A stretch of DNA of 64,000 bases from Octopus vulgaris (GCA_951406725.2 OX597830.1:3162001-3226000), one strand, 5' to 3'. Counted from the first letter of the stretch, positions 1-13,280 are shown. The notes: generated from the sequence alone by a model not told the origin. Translations and numbers: made by a program.

Positions 1-1592
1 ATAAACGGAATGAAACCATGAGAATATGGGAGAGAATTTATCCTCCAGAAGTAGAATTAAGATGTTACTTAGAAAGTGTGTGACAGCTTGCAGAGTGCTA
101 CAGCCCAAATCTGTGGGTGGTACAAAATTCCTGGTGGTGGAAAGATGCTGTAGACAGGGCCATTAGAGTAAGGAAACGGGCCTGGAAGAGTTAGGATAGC
201 AGGGAACTGTATCAGATAGCCAGAAGGGAAGCTAGGAGACAGGTGTATTTAGTCAAGGGAGAAGCAGAAAAGAAGAAGTTTGCCTATGTTCAATAATATC
301 TGGTTGTCAATGTGGAAACTAAGGATAAATGGTGAGAGGTGTACAAGCCATGTACAGGGATGCTACCAGTAAGGTGAGGGTTGGCAACGAGTACAGCATA
401 GAATTCAGTGTACAAGTAGGGATCAGTCCTCAGCCCCTATTGTTCATCATAGTCTTTTGAGCAATAACAGAGGAATTTAAGACAGGATGCCTCTGGGAGT
501 TCCTCCATGCTGATGACCTTCTTCTTATAGCTGAATCAATACCAGAACTGGAGAAGAAGTTTCAGGTATGGAAGTAAGGTCTGGAATCAAAGAGCCTTAG
601 AGTTAATCTAGTAAAAACCAAAGTCTTAGGAAGTAGGAAGGCAGATAAATTACAAATCCCTTTAAGTAGATGGCCCTCCTCAATCTGTAGGAAAGGTGTA
701 GGTAGAAACTCCATAAAATACACCCAGTGTAAGCTTTGGACACATAAAAGGTGCAGCAATATCAGAGGAAGGTTAACAGGGAAAATAGCTTTTGTGTGCG
801 GAAGATGTGCAGGTACAATAACACCAAAAATGTACAGAAAATAGACTCTATGCAAAAGAGAAGACTACATTGGTTTGGACATGTGATGCCTATGAATGAA
901 GACAGCCATGTAAAGAAGTGTCAATCATTGAAAGTGAATGGTCCCTGCAGAAGAAGGAGTCCCAGGAGGAGATGGGATGATGTGGTGAGGACCGATCTCA
1001 GGATGTTGGGCCTCATGGAAGAAATGGCAATGGACTGAAATATTTGGTGATATGATCTTGAGAAGACCCACCCACATCAGTGATGCTGAATTCTAGAAGT
1101 GTTGTGTTTGCCACCCACATGTAACTCCCTACCACACCAATCTCCAACAGACCAAACCACATCTCTTCTCCTTGTCACATCTCCTCTTTCAGGGTTATCT
1201 TTTATACCCCCATTTTGTCTTCATGTCGCAGTTCTCTGTAACATTGCTATCCAGTAGCCCTTCTCAAATGATCCTTGTCTGAAAAGTTACTGGGTGACTC
1301 TGCCAGTGCTGGTGACACTTAAAAAGCATCCAGTTCACATTATGAAGTGGTTGGCATTTGGAAAGGCATCCAGCTGTAGAAACCTTACCAAAACTTACCT
1401 TGCCTGTGCTTGTGCCACATAAAACGAACTCAGTCCACTCTGTTGAGTGGTCAGTATTAGGAATGGCATCCAGCCGTAAAAGCTATGCCAGGCACAGAAG
1501 TCTGGTGCAGGCTCCTGCCTGGCCAGTTCCTTTCTTTTTGTCCAACCCATGCCAGCATGGAAGGCGGACGTTAAATGACGATGATGTTGATG
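1..1592 (+). mobile_element. Degenerate RTE-clade LINE, copy 1 (partial ORF with internal deletions, 3' UTR, (GAT)n tail)
   Basis: Translates to RT motifs GSVLSP.LFIIV, GCLWEFLHADDL and LRVNLVKTKV, a Cys/His finger, and C-terminal RRLHWFGHV..M / RRRWDDVVRTDL (ORF 751-1038). Ends with tccaacccatgccagcatggaaggcggacgttaaatgacgatgatg, the 3' end shared with copy 2. Confidence 0.85.
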
Positions 1593-1959
1593 ATATTATA
1601 TATAAATGTATGTGTTTATATATATATATATAATGTACGTGTATATGTGTATGTATGTATGTATGTATGTATGTATGTATGTATATGTATATATTCAAAC
1701 ACACACAAATTGTATGTTTATCTACATATGAATATATGTTTAACAAGACTTTAGAGAAAAAGATATGCAAATTGTAATATTTCTTTTTATTTTTACTTTC
1801 TCTTAATATTATTTTTGACATAAGTAAAGTGAAAGTATTTCAGGAGGGAATTTAATGTTTATCTTGGTTGCAGATAACAGCAGCAGCAGCTGCTACAGTG
1901 AATACAAAATAACAACAATGACATAGATGAAGACAACACTACTACTACTACTACTACTT

Positions 1960-1960
<1 letters not shown>

Positions 1961-2018
<58 letters not shown>

Positions 2019-2030
2019 GATAATAATGAT
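1961..2030. repeat. (TAA)n microsatellite at the 5' junction of the Dong-like element
   Basis: Direct reading of the sequence. Confidence 0.95.
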
Positions 2031-3720
2031 GAGAACTTGAAGGCCTATTGCGCACTGTGAAAGCATTCAGCGATGACATCGGGATGGAGTTTGGACTTGA
2101 GAAGTGTGCCAAGGCCACTTTCCAGAAAGGGAAAGTGAAGACCACAAATTCAGTCGTGTTAGATGTTGACACAGTCATAAGTGAGCTTGAGCAAGAACAA
2201 ACATACAAATATTTAGGGATAAATGAAGGCTCTGGTATTCAGCATGCAAGCATGAAAGGGAAGATCAGGAAGGAATGTTATAGGAGAGTTCGTGCAGTCC
2301 TGAAATCTGAACTAAATGCACGTAACAAGGTGTTAGCTATAAATTCCTTAGCAGTTCCAGTTGTTACTTATAGCTACAATGTGTTGAACTGGAATATGAG
2401 TGAAGTAAAGAATATAGATAGGAAAATACGCAAGCTGCTGAGTTATAATAGGATGCACCACCCAAAGGCAGACGTAGATTGCCTTTACCTTCCCAGAGCC
2501 CAAGGAGGTCGAGGCCTGATCCAATTTGAACTAGCTTACAAAACAACCACAATTGGACTGGCCAAATATCTCGAAATAACGAATGACTGGATGCTAAAGC
2601 TCGTGGAAAATCATGAGAGACGAAAGAAGCTTCATTCTATCATAAAGGAAAGCAAAAAATTTGCTATTGATCTCGTGCAGGATACCCAAACTGAACAACC
2701 CGAGGGAAGTACGGCAACTATTGTTGCAAAGAAGGTGAAAATAATGGCAACGAAAAAGCACACGAGCAATTGGCTGATAGGTGGGAGGAGAAACCTCTGC
2801 ACGGCAAATATGTGGCCCGCAGCAAACAAGCTGATGTTGACCAGAAGCAAACCCATCAGTGGCTACGGCGCTCAGGGCTAAAAGCAGAGAGCGAAGGTTT
2901 CATCCTGGCTGCTCAAGATCAAAGCCTATTAACCCGGAACTACCAGGCCAATGTGCTGAAAAATGGAGCAGACCCAAAATGCTGATTCTGCAACGACATG
3001 ATTGAAACAGTGGACCACCTAATCTCTGGATGTAAAGTCTTAGCACCAGTGGAGTATAAATTAAGACATGACAGAGTTGGCCAATATCTACACTGGCTAA
3101 TAAGTCGGCATTACAATATCAAAACTTCCGACAAGTGGTATAATCACCACCCTGAGGCTGTAACTGAAGGAGAAAATGTAACCATTCTGTGGGACTTTCC
3201 AGTACATACAGACCGAACCATCAAGGCCAATAAACCAGATATTGTTGTGAAAGATCAAAACAATAAAGTTTGCTTATTGATCGACATGAGCATCCCCTGT
3301 GATCATAATATCTCAGCGAAAGAGTTTGACAAGCTCAGAAAATATAAAGACCTACTCATTGAAATTGAGAAAATGTGGCATCTCAAGGCGGTTACAATAC
3401 CAGTGATCATAGGAGCACTAGGAATGATCAAGAAGGGAACCGAAAATTATATGAGAATGATCCCTTGCTTACCATCCCTGCAAGAAGTGCAAAAGATTGT
3501 CTTAACTGGTACATCGCACGTATTGAGAAGAGCATTGTCGGTGTGAGAACTGTTGCTGCTCATGTATTTTAATTTAACTTTAAAAAAATTTTTAAAATGA
3601 ACGAACTATTGAGTTTGGTTGAATGGTCTACCAATGTATACTATGAGTTTCTTTGCCCTAGGAGTCGGGAAGACACTCGGCAAGAAATGGAAGCAAATTT
3701 GAAAGAAGAAAATAAAAGTA
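2031..3720 (+). mobile_element. 5'-truncated Dong/R4-clade non-LTR retrotransposon (RT C-terminal part, CCHC knuckle, RLE endonuclease, 3' UTR)
   Basis: ORFs 2048-2881, 2770-2985 and 2998-3546 join across one frameshift and one stop. Motifs: FSDDIGMEFGLEKCAK, YKYLGI, LYLPRAQGGRGL, LKAESEGFILAAQDQ, C..C...ETVDHLISGC, RHD, LWDF, KPDIVV...LIDMSIP, PVIIGALG. Flanked on both sides by (TAA)n. Confidence 0.92.
2048..3546 (+). pseudogene. Dong/R4-type RT-RLE polyprotein, C-terminal part, disrupted
   Basis: Frameshift near 2760-2770 and in-frame TGA at 2983-2985 within the CxxC knuckle. Confidence 0.85.
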
Positions 3721-3741
3721 ATGATAATAATAATAATAATG

Positions 3742-3799
<58 letters not shown>

Positions 3800-3837
3800 T
3801 GATAATGATAATCATAATAATAATAATAATCATAATA

Positions 3838-4391
3838 GCCCTGATGCAGTACCAGGCAGTGGCTCTCATGGCTTCTGATCTTAACTGATTGGAAGTGTTA
3901 TCATGTACATTGTTTTGTCTTGGTATAAAAGATGGGCTACAGCAAATATTCTGCTCAATACCACAGATTTGTGTGTCAGTTGTTTGGCCTTAATCAGTTG
4001 AGCATGTCCTTTAGTGGCTGATGGTATGTGCATCTCTGATCACGAGCAGAAGTAGTGGGGGAGCATCATAGCCATGTGTTGAGAGGGATACTTTGGGGTT
4101 TGAATAATTCACCTCTGGAAACATGGGTGTTTCATTCAACATCCTTAAACAACCCTTATTAAACAACCTTTTGAGTGGGATGGGCTACTCGACCAGAAGA
4201 AAATTCTAACTGGGCCCCACCTGCAAAGTCATGTGCTGTTTATCTTGATATGAGATCACCATGTCGTGCATATATGGTTATGATGCATGTGCCTAGTGTA
4301 CCCTTATCAGACAGGTAGTTATGATAGGTATACTGGGCTTCATATATTTTACCCCAGTGTCACTTTGATGGCATGCACTGCTCTCTCACTC
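3838..4391. mobile_element. Unclassified ~555-bp non-coding interspersed repeat between TAA tracts
   Basis: Complex sequence sharply bounded by (TAA/CAT/GAT)n on both sides, with no convincing ORF. Resemblance to a recurrent octopus repeat is from recall and unverified. Confidence 0.45.
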
Positions 4392-4456
4392 AATAATAAT
4401 CATAATAATAATATCAATAATAACAACAACAACAGTAGCAACAATAGTAATAAGGC

Positions 4457-4512
4457 GAAGAAGAAGAAGAAGAAGAAGAAGAAGAAGAAGAAGAAGAAGA
4501 AGAAGAAGAAGA
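4457..4512. repeat. (GAA)n microsatellite
   Basis: Direct reading. Confidence 0.95.
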
Positions 4513-5664
4513 AAAATGTTAATAAAAATAATGATGATAATAATAACAATAATAATAATGCTGATGGTGATGATGAGCGTAATAATAATAATGATAATAT
4601 CAAAATTAGAATGTCTGTAAAAGATTAACATATTGGTTGATAAGCAATAGCAACTCTAGTAATAATACATTATACATACATATATATATATATATATATA
4701 TGAGCACACATGCACATATCTATCTATCTATCTATCTACCTATTTATCTCTCCCTCTCTCTTTCTCTCTATATATACATATATATACATAGAGAGAGAGG
4801 GGGAAAAGACAGAAAAATAGAAAGTGATAGATAGACAGATAGATAAATAAATGCTTTAATTATATCAGATTTGATTAGTTCAATCCCTGTGTATTTCTTC
4901 AAGAGTTATGGTCATCCTGATGTGTATTGAGCATATCTGATGCTTTCTTGCATCCCGCCGTTACTAAAATCTTCTGTAAACAAAGACTCATTGAAGAATA
5001 TTTCATGGAATATTATTATAATGACTTTAGTCAATGCTGTGACTAATGTTCCAATCCTTTGAATGCAATACAACCTGAAAACACACATATAGCAGGAAGC
5101 TACTATGAAATTCTTCTACTGCAAAAAATTGAGACAAAAACAATACAAAAAAATAAAGTTAAGTCTGAGGAAATAAAGTATGGCATCACTTTCCTTAATG
5201 TTTTTTTTTTTAGCTGAAATGTTCTGTAATCTCAGAAAAATTGTAAATTGTTATTAACCTAATGAAATGGTTGTCATTCTTAGTCTTCCCCTACCCTTCC
5301 TCTTCTGACCCACCTCCTCTGTCTTGCCTCGTCTGCACCACATCTTCCACCCTGCCTCCTACACCCCGCCTCCTCTTCATCTTCCACCTCCACATCATCA
5401 CCTTCATCATTTTTTTGTATCCCTTTTTCTTTGCATGAATGGTTCATATGAAGTAACAGGTAGATTTTCTATGGCTGGATGCCTTTACTGTCCCCAGACC
5501 TCACCCGTTTCCAAAGCAAAGTAATATGACAGGACAAGTTTTTGCTCAATATCAGAAACGAATGATATGACTTGTATGACAGGGTCACTCACTCGCAGCA
5601 TACATTCAATGACAAAACAAGCAGACAAAAACATACACACATTCACATAATACATACACACACA

Positions 5665-5722
5665 TATATAAATTTAACTTTAAAATGAGGGTGAGAAATT
5701 GGATATTAATTTAATCAAATCA

Positions 5723-5777
<55 letters not shown>

Positions 5778-5836
5778 TTGATTGATTAAATTAATATCCA
5801 ATTTCTCACCCTCATTTTAAATTTAAATTTATATAT
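5665..5836. repeat. Inverted repeat (~65-bp arms) around a (TA)n loop
   Basis: aatttaactttaaaatgagggtgagaaattggatattaatttaatcaa is the near-perfect reverse complement of ttgattaaattaatatccaatttctcaccctcattttaaatttaaatt. Confidence 0.9.
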
Positions 5837-5911
5837 GTATATATATATATATATAGTATATACTTAGTTTTATCATGGCTACCGAATAATTGTCACATAT
5901 TACATTTATGG

Positions 5912-8720
5912 ATCATCATCATCATTTAATGTCCGCTTTCCATGCTAGCATGGGTTGGACGATTTGACTGAGGTCTGGCGAACCAGACTCCAATCTGATC
6001 TGGCAGAGTTTCTACATCTGGATGCCCTTCCTAATGCCAACCACTCCGAGAGTGTAGTGGGTGCTTTTACGTGCCACTGGCACAAGGGTCAGTTTGGTGG
6101 TACTGGCAATGGCCATGCCCAAATGGTGCTTTTTATGTGCCACCTGCCCAGGAGCCAGTCCAGCGGCACTGGCGACGACCTTGGTTGAATATTTCACATG
6201 CCACCAGCACAAGTGCTAGTAAGGCGACACGGTAACGATCACACTTGAATGGTGTGTTTAACATGGCATCGGCACGGAGGCCAGCTTGCAACAGATGCCA
6301 GTCACAGAGTTTGATTTCGACTTCGATTTCACTTACCTCAACTGGTCGCCGCAAGCAGAGTTTAGTGTCCAATGAAGAAAAGCACCTATAAGTGGACTGG
6401 TTACCCCCTAGCATAGGCCACAAGGTTATGGTCACACCTGCGCTTGCCGAATCTTCTGCAGCAAAACATATTTCCAGAGGTTCCGGTCACTAGTCATTGT
6501 CTCGGTGAGGCCCAATGTTTGAAGGTCATCCTTCACCACCTCATCCCAGGTTTTCCTGGGTCTACCTCTTCCACAGGTTCCCTCAACTACTAGGGTGTGG
6601 TATTTTTTCACACAGCTATCGACATCCATTCTCGCCACATTACCATACCAGCACAATCGTCTCTCTTGCACACCACATCTGATGCTTCTTAGGTCCAACC
6701 TTTCTTTCAGGGCACTAACACTCTGTCGAGTATGCACACTGACATGACACATCCATCGGAGCATGCTGGCTTCATTCCTTGCAGGCTTACGCATATCCTC
6801 AGCAGTCATGGACCATGTTTCACTTCCATGTAGCATGGCTGTTCATACACATGCATCATACATTCTACCTTTTACTCTGAGCGAGAGGCCCTTTGTCACC
6901 AGCAGAGGTAAGAGCTCTCTGAACTTAGCCCAGGCTATTCTTATTCTAGCAGCTACACTTTCAGTGCACCCTCCCTGCTACTGACTTGGTCACCTAGGTA
7001 ACAGAAGCTATCAACTACTTCTAGTTTTTCTCCCTGGAATGTGGCGGAAGTTGTTCTCTGGACATTTTCAGTGTTATTTATAGCGACCGAGCATCTGCCA
7101 CATACAAAAACTAGCCTCCAAGTTAGCCTTCCATTGATATTGCTGCACCTCTTAGGTGTCCATAGCTTACCCTGGGTACTTCTTATAGAGTTTCTACCAA
7201 CGCATTTTCTACAGATTGAACAGGGCCATCTACCTGAAGGGATTTGTGGTTTGCCTGACTTCCTACTTATTAGGACTTAGGTTTTAGCTAGGTTGACTCT
7301 AAGGCCTTTCGATTCTAATCCTTGTTTCCACACTTGAAACTTCTCCCCTAGTTCTGTTAGTGACTTACCAATTAGAGCAAGGTCATCAGCATAGAGGAGC
7401 TTCCAGGGGCATCCTGTCTTGAATTCCTCCATTATTGCCTGGAGGACTATGATAATAGGAGGGGGCTAAGGACTGAACCTTGGTGGACCCCTAACTCTAC
7501 CCGGAATTCTTCACTGTACTCGTTGCCAACCCTCACCATACTGACAGTGTCCCTGTACATGGCTTGCACAGCTCTCACTAACCATTCATCTATCCCTAGT
7601 TTCCTCATTGACCACCAGATAAGGGATCGGGGTCCCTGTCAAAGGCTTTCTCCATGTCAACGAAAGCTAGGTACAGGGGCTTATCTTTGGCTAGTATTTC
7701 TCCTGCAGCTGTCTAACCCTAAATATAGCATCAGTGGTGCTTTTCCCTGGCACGAAACTAACTGCATCTAATCCAAACTGACTCTTTCCCAAATTAGTTG
7801 GGCTATGACCCTCTCCATGACCTTCATTACAGAACTCCTGCAGCCTGGTTTCCTCCTCGTTGCGGGAACCATAACTGTAGCCTCCATGTACACCATGGAA
7901 GCCCCCAGCATGTTGTCCAACATGCCCATCGAAGTCACCAGCCACAAAGAGAAGGTCTCTGTCATTCGTCAATGAGGTAGTCTGCAGTAGGGTGTCATAG
8001 AATCGATCTTTCTGTCCATTGGGTAGCCCTGGCTGAGGGACAGTCCGATATAATGGTTGCTAATCCATGATGAAGCACTAATCTAATCTTAAGTATTCTG
8101 TCGCACACTTTGATTACCTCAATTACCTTATCTACCCATTTTTCAGCGAGAAGCATACCCACGCTCCCAACCCCGTCAGTGTTCCCTGCTCAGAAAATCT
8201 TGTACCTGTGTTCTTTGCCTGTGAGGAACCTAGCAGAACCTCCTCTCCACCTCACTTCTTGGATGCAACATATATCGACACATCTCCGTTCAAGCATCTC
8301 AACAATCTCGCCAGACCTACCTTTCAGTGTGCAAACGTTGAGGGTGCCAACCCTGAGGGTGTGGGAGGTATGGGCCCTAGAGACCTTGGGACAGGTGACA
8401 GTAGCTTCATGTACCTGAAAAGAAAACTCACATTTGGTAGAATTCATGAGCAAGCAATAGAGTAGTCTTCAGTTCAACCTGCATAACACTACCCTTTCAT
8501 ATTTTGCACTATATGATCATTACCTTACATAGGAGATAGGCCGAGACTGGGGGTGGGGATGGCGAAATGCCTTTTGCAGTATTCATGGGAGGCAACCCAA
8601 AGATGGCAAAGGATAGGAACTTCCAGTACAGGTGGAGGGGTGGGAGGGAGGGCGCACCTCTAACTAGGAAGAGGGTCTGCTAATCGTGGTTTAACGAGAG
8701 ACCAAAAAAGTAGGTTTGAA
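5912..8720 (-). mobile_element. RTE-clade LINE, copy 2: both APE endonuclease and RT present, internally deleted and frameshifted
   Basis: EN: LRVGTLNVCTLKGRSGEIVEMLERRCVDICCIQEVRWRG (8190-8453) and LFVAGDFDGHVG (7691-7972). RT: MKVMERV, FVPGKSTTDAIF.VRQLQEKY, LLYADDL near 7380-7400. C-terminal MLHGSETW...RRLCWYG..GRGRPRKTW (6432-6836). Tail reads (CAT)n on + at 5913. The 5' boundary is approximate. Confidence 0.9.
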
Positions 8721-8769
8721 AAATCTGAGAAAGACAAATTTTAGGGAATAGAAAAGTGGCTATGTGATA

Positions 8770-8826
8770 TGAATTAAAATTATAATAAGGGTGCTGTAAT
8801 TATTCAACACCCTTATAATTTTAATA
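8770..8826. repeat. Short imperfect hairpin
   Basis: attaaaattata..taagggtg ... cacccttataattttaat. Confidence 0.7.
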
Positions 8827-9429
8827 TAAATTAACCATTATGTTATTTTTAGTATGCTGACCACTGATAAATCATTAAATAATGATTTTATCCTAATTAT
8901 GTATATATATATATATATATAGTACAAAGTAAGATAGGGGCTATGAGGGTAACCCATTATGGGATATCAGTTATCCAATATATATATAAGTACCTCATTT
9001 TCAACTGCATATTACCTCAATACATTTGACTAATATAGGCAGAATGAGATACTTTTAACTATGGGCTGAAACAGCTGTACGGACCATTTTATTTGTATTA
9101 TTCTTATGGTATTATTAATTTGCATAGTGATGTATATTGTTTTGTTCGATTTTGGTGTTCCTATTTATATAGTTAATAAATAATATGAGATGGTAATATC
9201 TGTAAGTTGATGATCGAAATGAATTTGTTCTTCCATTTTCTTATTTGTATATATATATAGGTGCAGGTGTGGCTGTGTGGTTAGTAGCTTGCTTGCCAAC
9301 CACATAGAAATAATGAAATTCAATCGAGGCATCAACAGGAGTTAATTGTGTAAAAATATTTCTTGATAAAAATTTTTTTAAAAAATAAAGTGAATGCTTA
9401 TATAGAAACAATTAGTAAAAGAAATTCTA

Positions 9430-9620
9430 TGTAGTCACTTGATACGCTAGAAATAGCAGCGAACTGTTCCGAATCTCAATCTATCATGTCTTAAAAAGAA
9501 GCATAATGTGGAATATTACCCAAGATTTATTGTGTCTGAATATAAAACAGGATGACTTTGGTTGGAACTTGTTTAGTCATAGATCTGTTTGATAGGAATT
9601 AACCTGAGATTAAACACAAA
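9430..9620 (+). mobile_element. Old SINE-like family C (related copies ~10150-10565, 22105-22262, 23050-23310 on -, 53895-54100)
   Basis: Shared diverged blocks ctagaaatagcagc, ggatga..atggctggaatg and a ...gctaaacaacaa-type tail. Confidence 0.5.
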
Positions 9621-10201
9621 GCATTGAGTCTAACATAGATCAAGTGAAATACTTTGACATACATTTGAAACTAATTTAACCATAAATTTAGACAAACCTT
9701 ATCTCTGTTCTAATTAGAAAAACAAAATGTAGACACAGTGTCAACAATCTGGTTCATTGTTCTGCCACATTTCTAGTTCTAACAGGAATTATTTAATTAA
9801 ATTCCGGTTAATTGATGAACCATTTGAAGTTTTATAGGCCTGTATTTGAATTCCTTTCAAGACAGAGATATAGTTCCATCTTAATTATGGATAGCAGAGC
9901 CATTACAGAGGAAAATTCATTCCAGTGGATTTATAATTACTCGTTATCTTGAATATCCTCTAATGAGCCTTCGAAATTTTATTGTACTAATTATGAACAT
10001 GAAATACATAACAGGACTTTTATCTTGACCAGGTAATAATGTTTATAAGTCTGTTCTGTGAATTGTTCTGTCAATATATTCTAAGTGACAGCAGTTTACA
10101 TCAATAACTTTCACTGTTTCTCAAATAACGAATCCTTTAAATATTTGTTGAGAAAGTTAAAAATAAAAGTCAAATCTCCTTCAGATTACACCCTAATATA
10201 T

Positions 10202-10410
10202 TGGTTTCAAATTTAGGTACAAAACCAGAAATTTTAGGGGAGGATAAATCAACTATATCGACTTCTGCTTTGGTACTTATTTTATTGACCCCAAAAGGAT
10301 GAAAGGCAAAGTTGACCAAGGCAGAATTTGAACTCAGATCATAAAAATGGATAAAATGCTGTTAAGCATTTTGCCCAGCAGACTAACAATCTGCCGCCTC
10401 ACCTCCTTAC
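10202..10410 (-). mobile_element. SINE family B copy inserted in a family C copy
   Basis: ggtacttattttattgaccccaaaaggatgaaaggcaaagttgacc...gaatttgaactcag (reverse strand carries a tRNA B-box-like gagttcaaattc). Confidence 0.75.
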
Positions 10411-10899
10411 AATTACTCTCTGATATATTGAAAGAAAGAATCATTGGGTAATATGTTACAAGATACACTACATCTAAATCAAAACATCAGGATGATCATG
10501 GCTGGAATGTCTTTCAGTGATAGGCCCTCTTAAACAGAGCTGGTCTGACTGTTGAACAAAAACAATGCTTTAAACTGTACTCATAATACTTCAAGAAAGA
10601 ATTGTTGGTGCTTCTGGGAATGTGAAGCTTTTATAGATTTTGGTTTAAGTGGAATAATTGCAGATGGTTGACAATTGGCTGGGTCATTTACTGAAGTCTA
10701 TTCAGCAAGGTGAAAGACAACAACAATAAAGATCTAGAAATAGAGATAACCCAAATGTGTGGTCTGAAAACAGAAACGGTCTCTTAAATAAGGAGTTCTT
10801 TTGTGAATGATCAAAAAACATGCAGACAAATATAAGACTAAAATCTCAGAATCTTCCATGAAAAACATAGGGAAAAACTGTCTTGCATAAAAACAGGTG

Positions 10900-11030
10900 A
10901 GAGTTGGTGCCAAGAGGGGCATCAAGCTGTAGAAAATCTTCTACAGTGAATTCCATCTGACCTATACAAACATGGAAAGTAAACATTAAAATGCTGCTGG
11001 CATTTTAATGATGATGATGATGATGATGAC
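10900..11030 (+). mobile_element. RTE 3'-end fragment
   Basis: agggggcatc..gctgtagaa...catggaaagtaaacattaaaatg followed by (GAT)n, matching the RTE 3' terminus. Confidence 0.55.
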
Positions 11031-12112
11031 GAGGAGGAGGAGGGGAGGATTGGGATAATAATGATGGGGAGAAGGAGGGTTCATCTGTATTCAGAATAGA
11101 TTTAAAAACATGAAAGAAACTGGAAAAGGATTTTCCATCATCATCATCATCATCATCATCATCGTATCAACATGTTTATGTCTGTTTGTCTCTAGGTCAG
11201 ATGGGGGTTTTCTCCAACACAGCATCGTTACTAGTTGTCGCAGTCCTTTGTCATCTCTCTCGTGAATTCCACCATTGTAAGATCAGCCGTTCAACAGTTC
11301 TTCTTCTTCTTCTGCCTTCATCAGTCTTTATTTTCAACAGGTTCCTTGTTTTAAAGAATTGACATATAATATAATGGAGATTTAATAGCAAAACCTGAGA
11401 GAGAAAGGGTTTGTAAAAGAACACCATGGGGCTTTATGATTCATGACAAATGAACAACATAAAATTATCAAAAGAATCAGATTGTAATTACTCTGCCATT
11501 GTGACAGGAGAATAGATTTTAAAATGTTTGTTTTGTTTTATTTTATTTAACTCTATTTTATTTATGTCTTTGTGTTATTGTTGTGTGTTAAGTTACAGAT
11601 TTTTGTTGTGATTATCCCAGATTTTGCTAAGCCTGTGGAAGTTGCAATTTCTGTCACGACAGTCATGAATATCAGTAATATAATTGCAAGCAAGAATAAG
11701 AAAAAAAAATACCAATAATAATAATAATTATTATAAAAAAGAAACAGAGAAAAAGAGAGTAAAATGAAAAAAAAAAAGTGGTAAAGAAGGAATGCTACAC
11801 AACATGAAAATCTCATTGTTTGTTCAAAGATAGGCTATTAATTTTAACTTGGTATTTTGTTCACTCATCGTGGGTGATCATGGCAAGAGTAAAAAAAAAA
11901 TGATAACATTTATTCCTTTTTGCTTTTCTTAGTCGCTGATGTTTTTTCCTGTTGTAAGGGATTTTCTTTAGACCAATTTTTATTGAAACGAAGAAAATAT
12001 AAAAAAATAATTAAAGGATTGAAGAAATACATCAATGTCATATCCAAATGGAAAAGCTGGAGAATGATTCCATTTTGGTTTAGAAAATATTTTTAGTTAT
12101 AATTTATTTTAC

Positions 12113-12152
<40 letters not shown>

Positions 12153-12879
12153 GTTATTATTATTATTGTTGTTGTTGTTGTTGTTATTTATTGTCTTTCT
12201 TGATTTGTTTTGTTAGGATAGCATCCTTACAATGACTCAATTTCTGTATCACAGCACCTAAAATTGTTTTTATTCTTGGAATGGCAAAACAATAGCAGCA
12301 AAAATGTGATTTTGGAATGAAATATCATGGAGATAATCGTTTTACTAAACAAATACGGAGAATCTTTTTTTGGTAAAAATACTTGAGGTAGACATTCTCC
12401 ATTGACATGCCATTATTACAATTCTTTAAGTAAAAAATATATGAAGCTGGAAAAATTCTCATATCCAAAGTGATTCTGTTTGCGATTGAGCCATCACAAA
12501 TAGTCTGTACCTCCAGATCATGGAGTAAACCTCAACTGGTATGTTCTTACTTTTAATCTTCTTCTGAAGAACACCAAACATCAGGAAACACATAGTTACC
12601 ATTAATCACTGAAGCAGCCGCACACTCACACACACGCATGCACATACAACACACGTAAACTCATACACCAATATGACACACACAGATACATGTATGTTCA
12701 TTTGTATGCATACATATATATGTATATGTGTCCATTTATAGATATATATATATATGTGCATGTGTGTGTTAGTATGTGTGATTATATTTATGTGTATATA
12801 TAAATGTGTGTGTGTGTATTCATTTATGAATATATAAATATGTATGTGTGTATGTATGTATATCTATATACGTGTGTAT

Positions 12880-13280
12880 GTATGTATGTATTTATGGCAT
12901 GTATGTGTGTATGTAATGAACTGTATGTATATATGTAAATATGTATGTGGGTATGTTTTGTACCTATGTGTGTATGCATGTATATATGTATGTTTGTGCA
13001 TGTATGTATAAATGGTATGGTATGTATGTGCGTATATGTAATGAACTGTATGTATGTATATATGCATGTATATATGTGTTTGTGTGTGTATGTATATATG
13101 TATGTATGTATGTATGTATTTATGGTATCGTATGTATGTGTGTGTATATAATGAACTGTATGTATGTATATATGCATGTATATATGTGTTTGTGCGTGTA
13201 TGTATATATGTATGTATGTATGTATTTATGGTATCGTATGTATGTGTGTGTATATAATGTACTGTATGTATGTATGTATG
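12880..13280. repeat. Minisatellite with ~106-125-bp units built from TA/TG microsatellites
   Basis: Anchors tttatggtatcgtatg and aatgaactgtatg recur at about 12916, 13041, 13151 and 13257. Confidence 0.8.
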
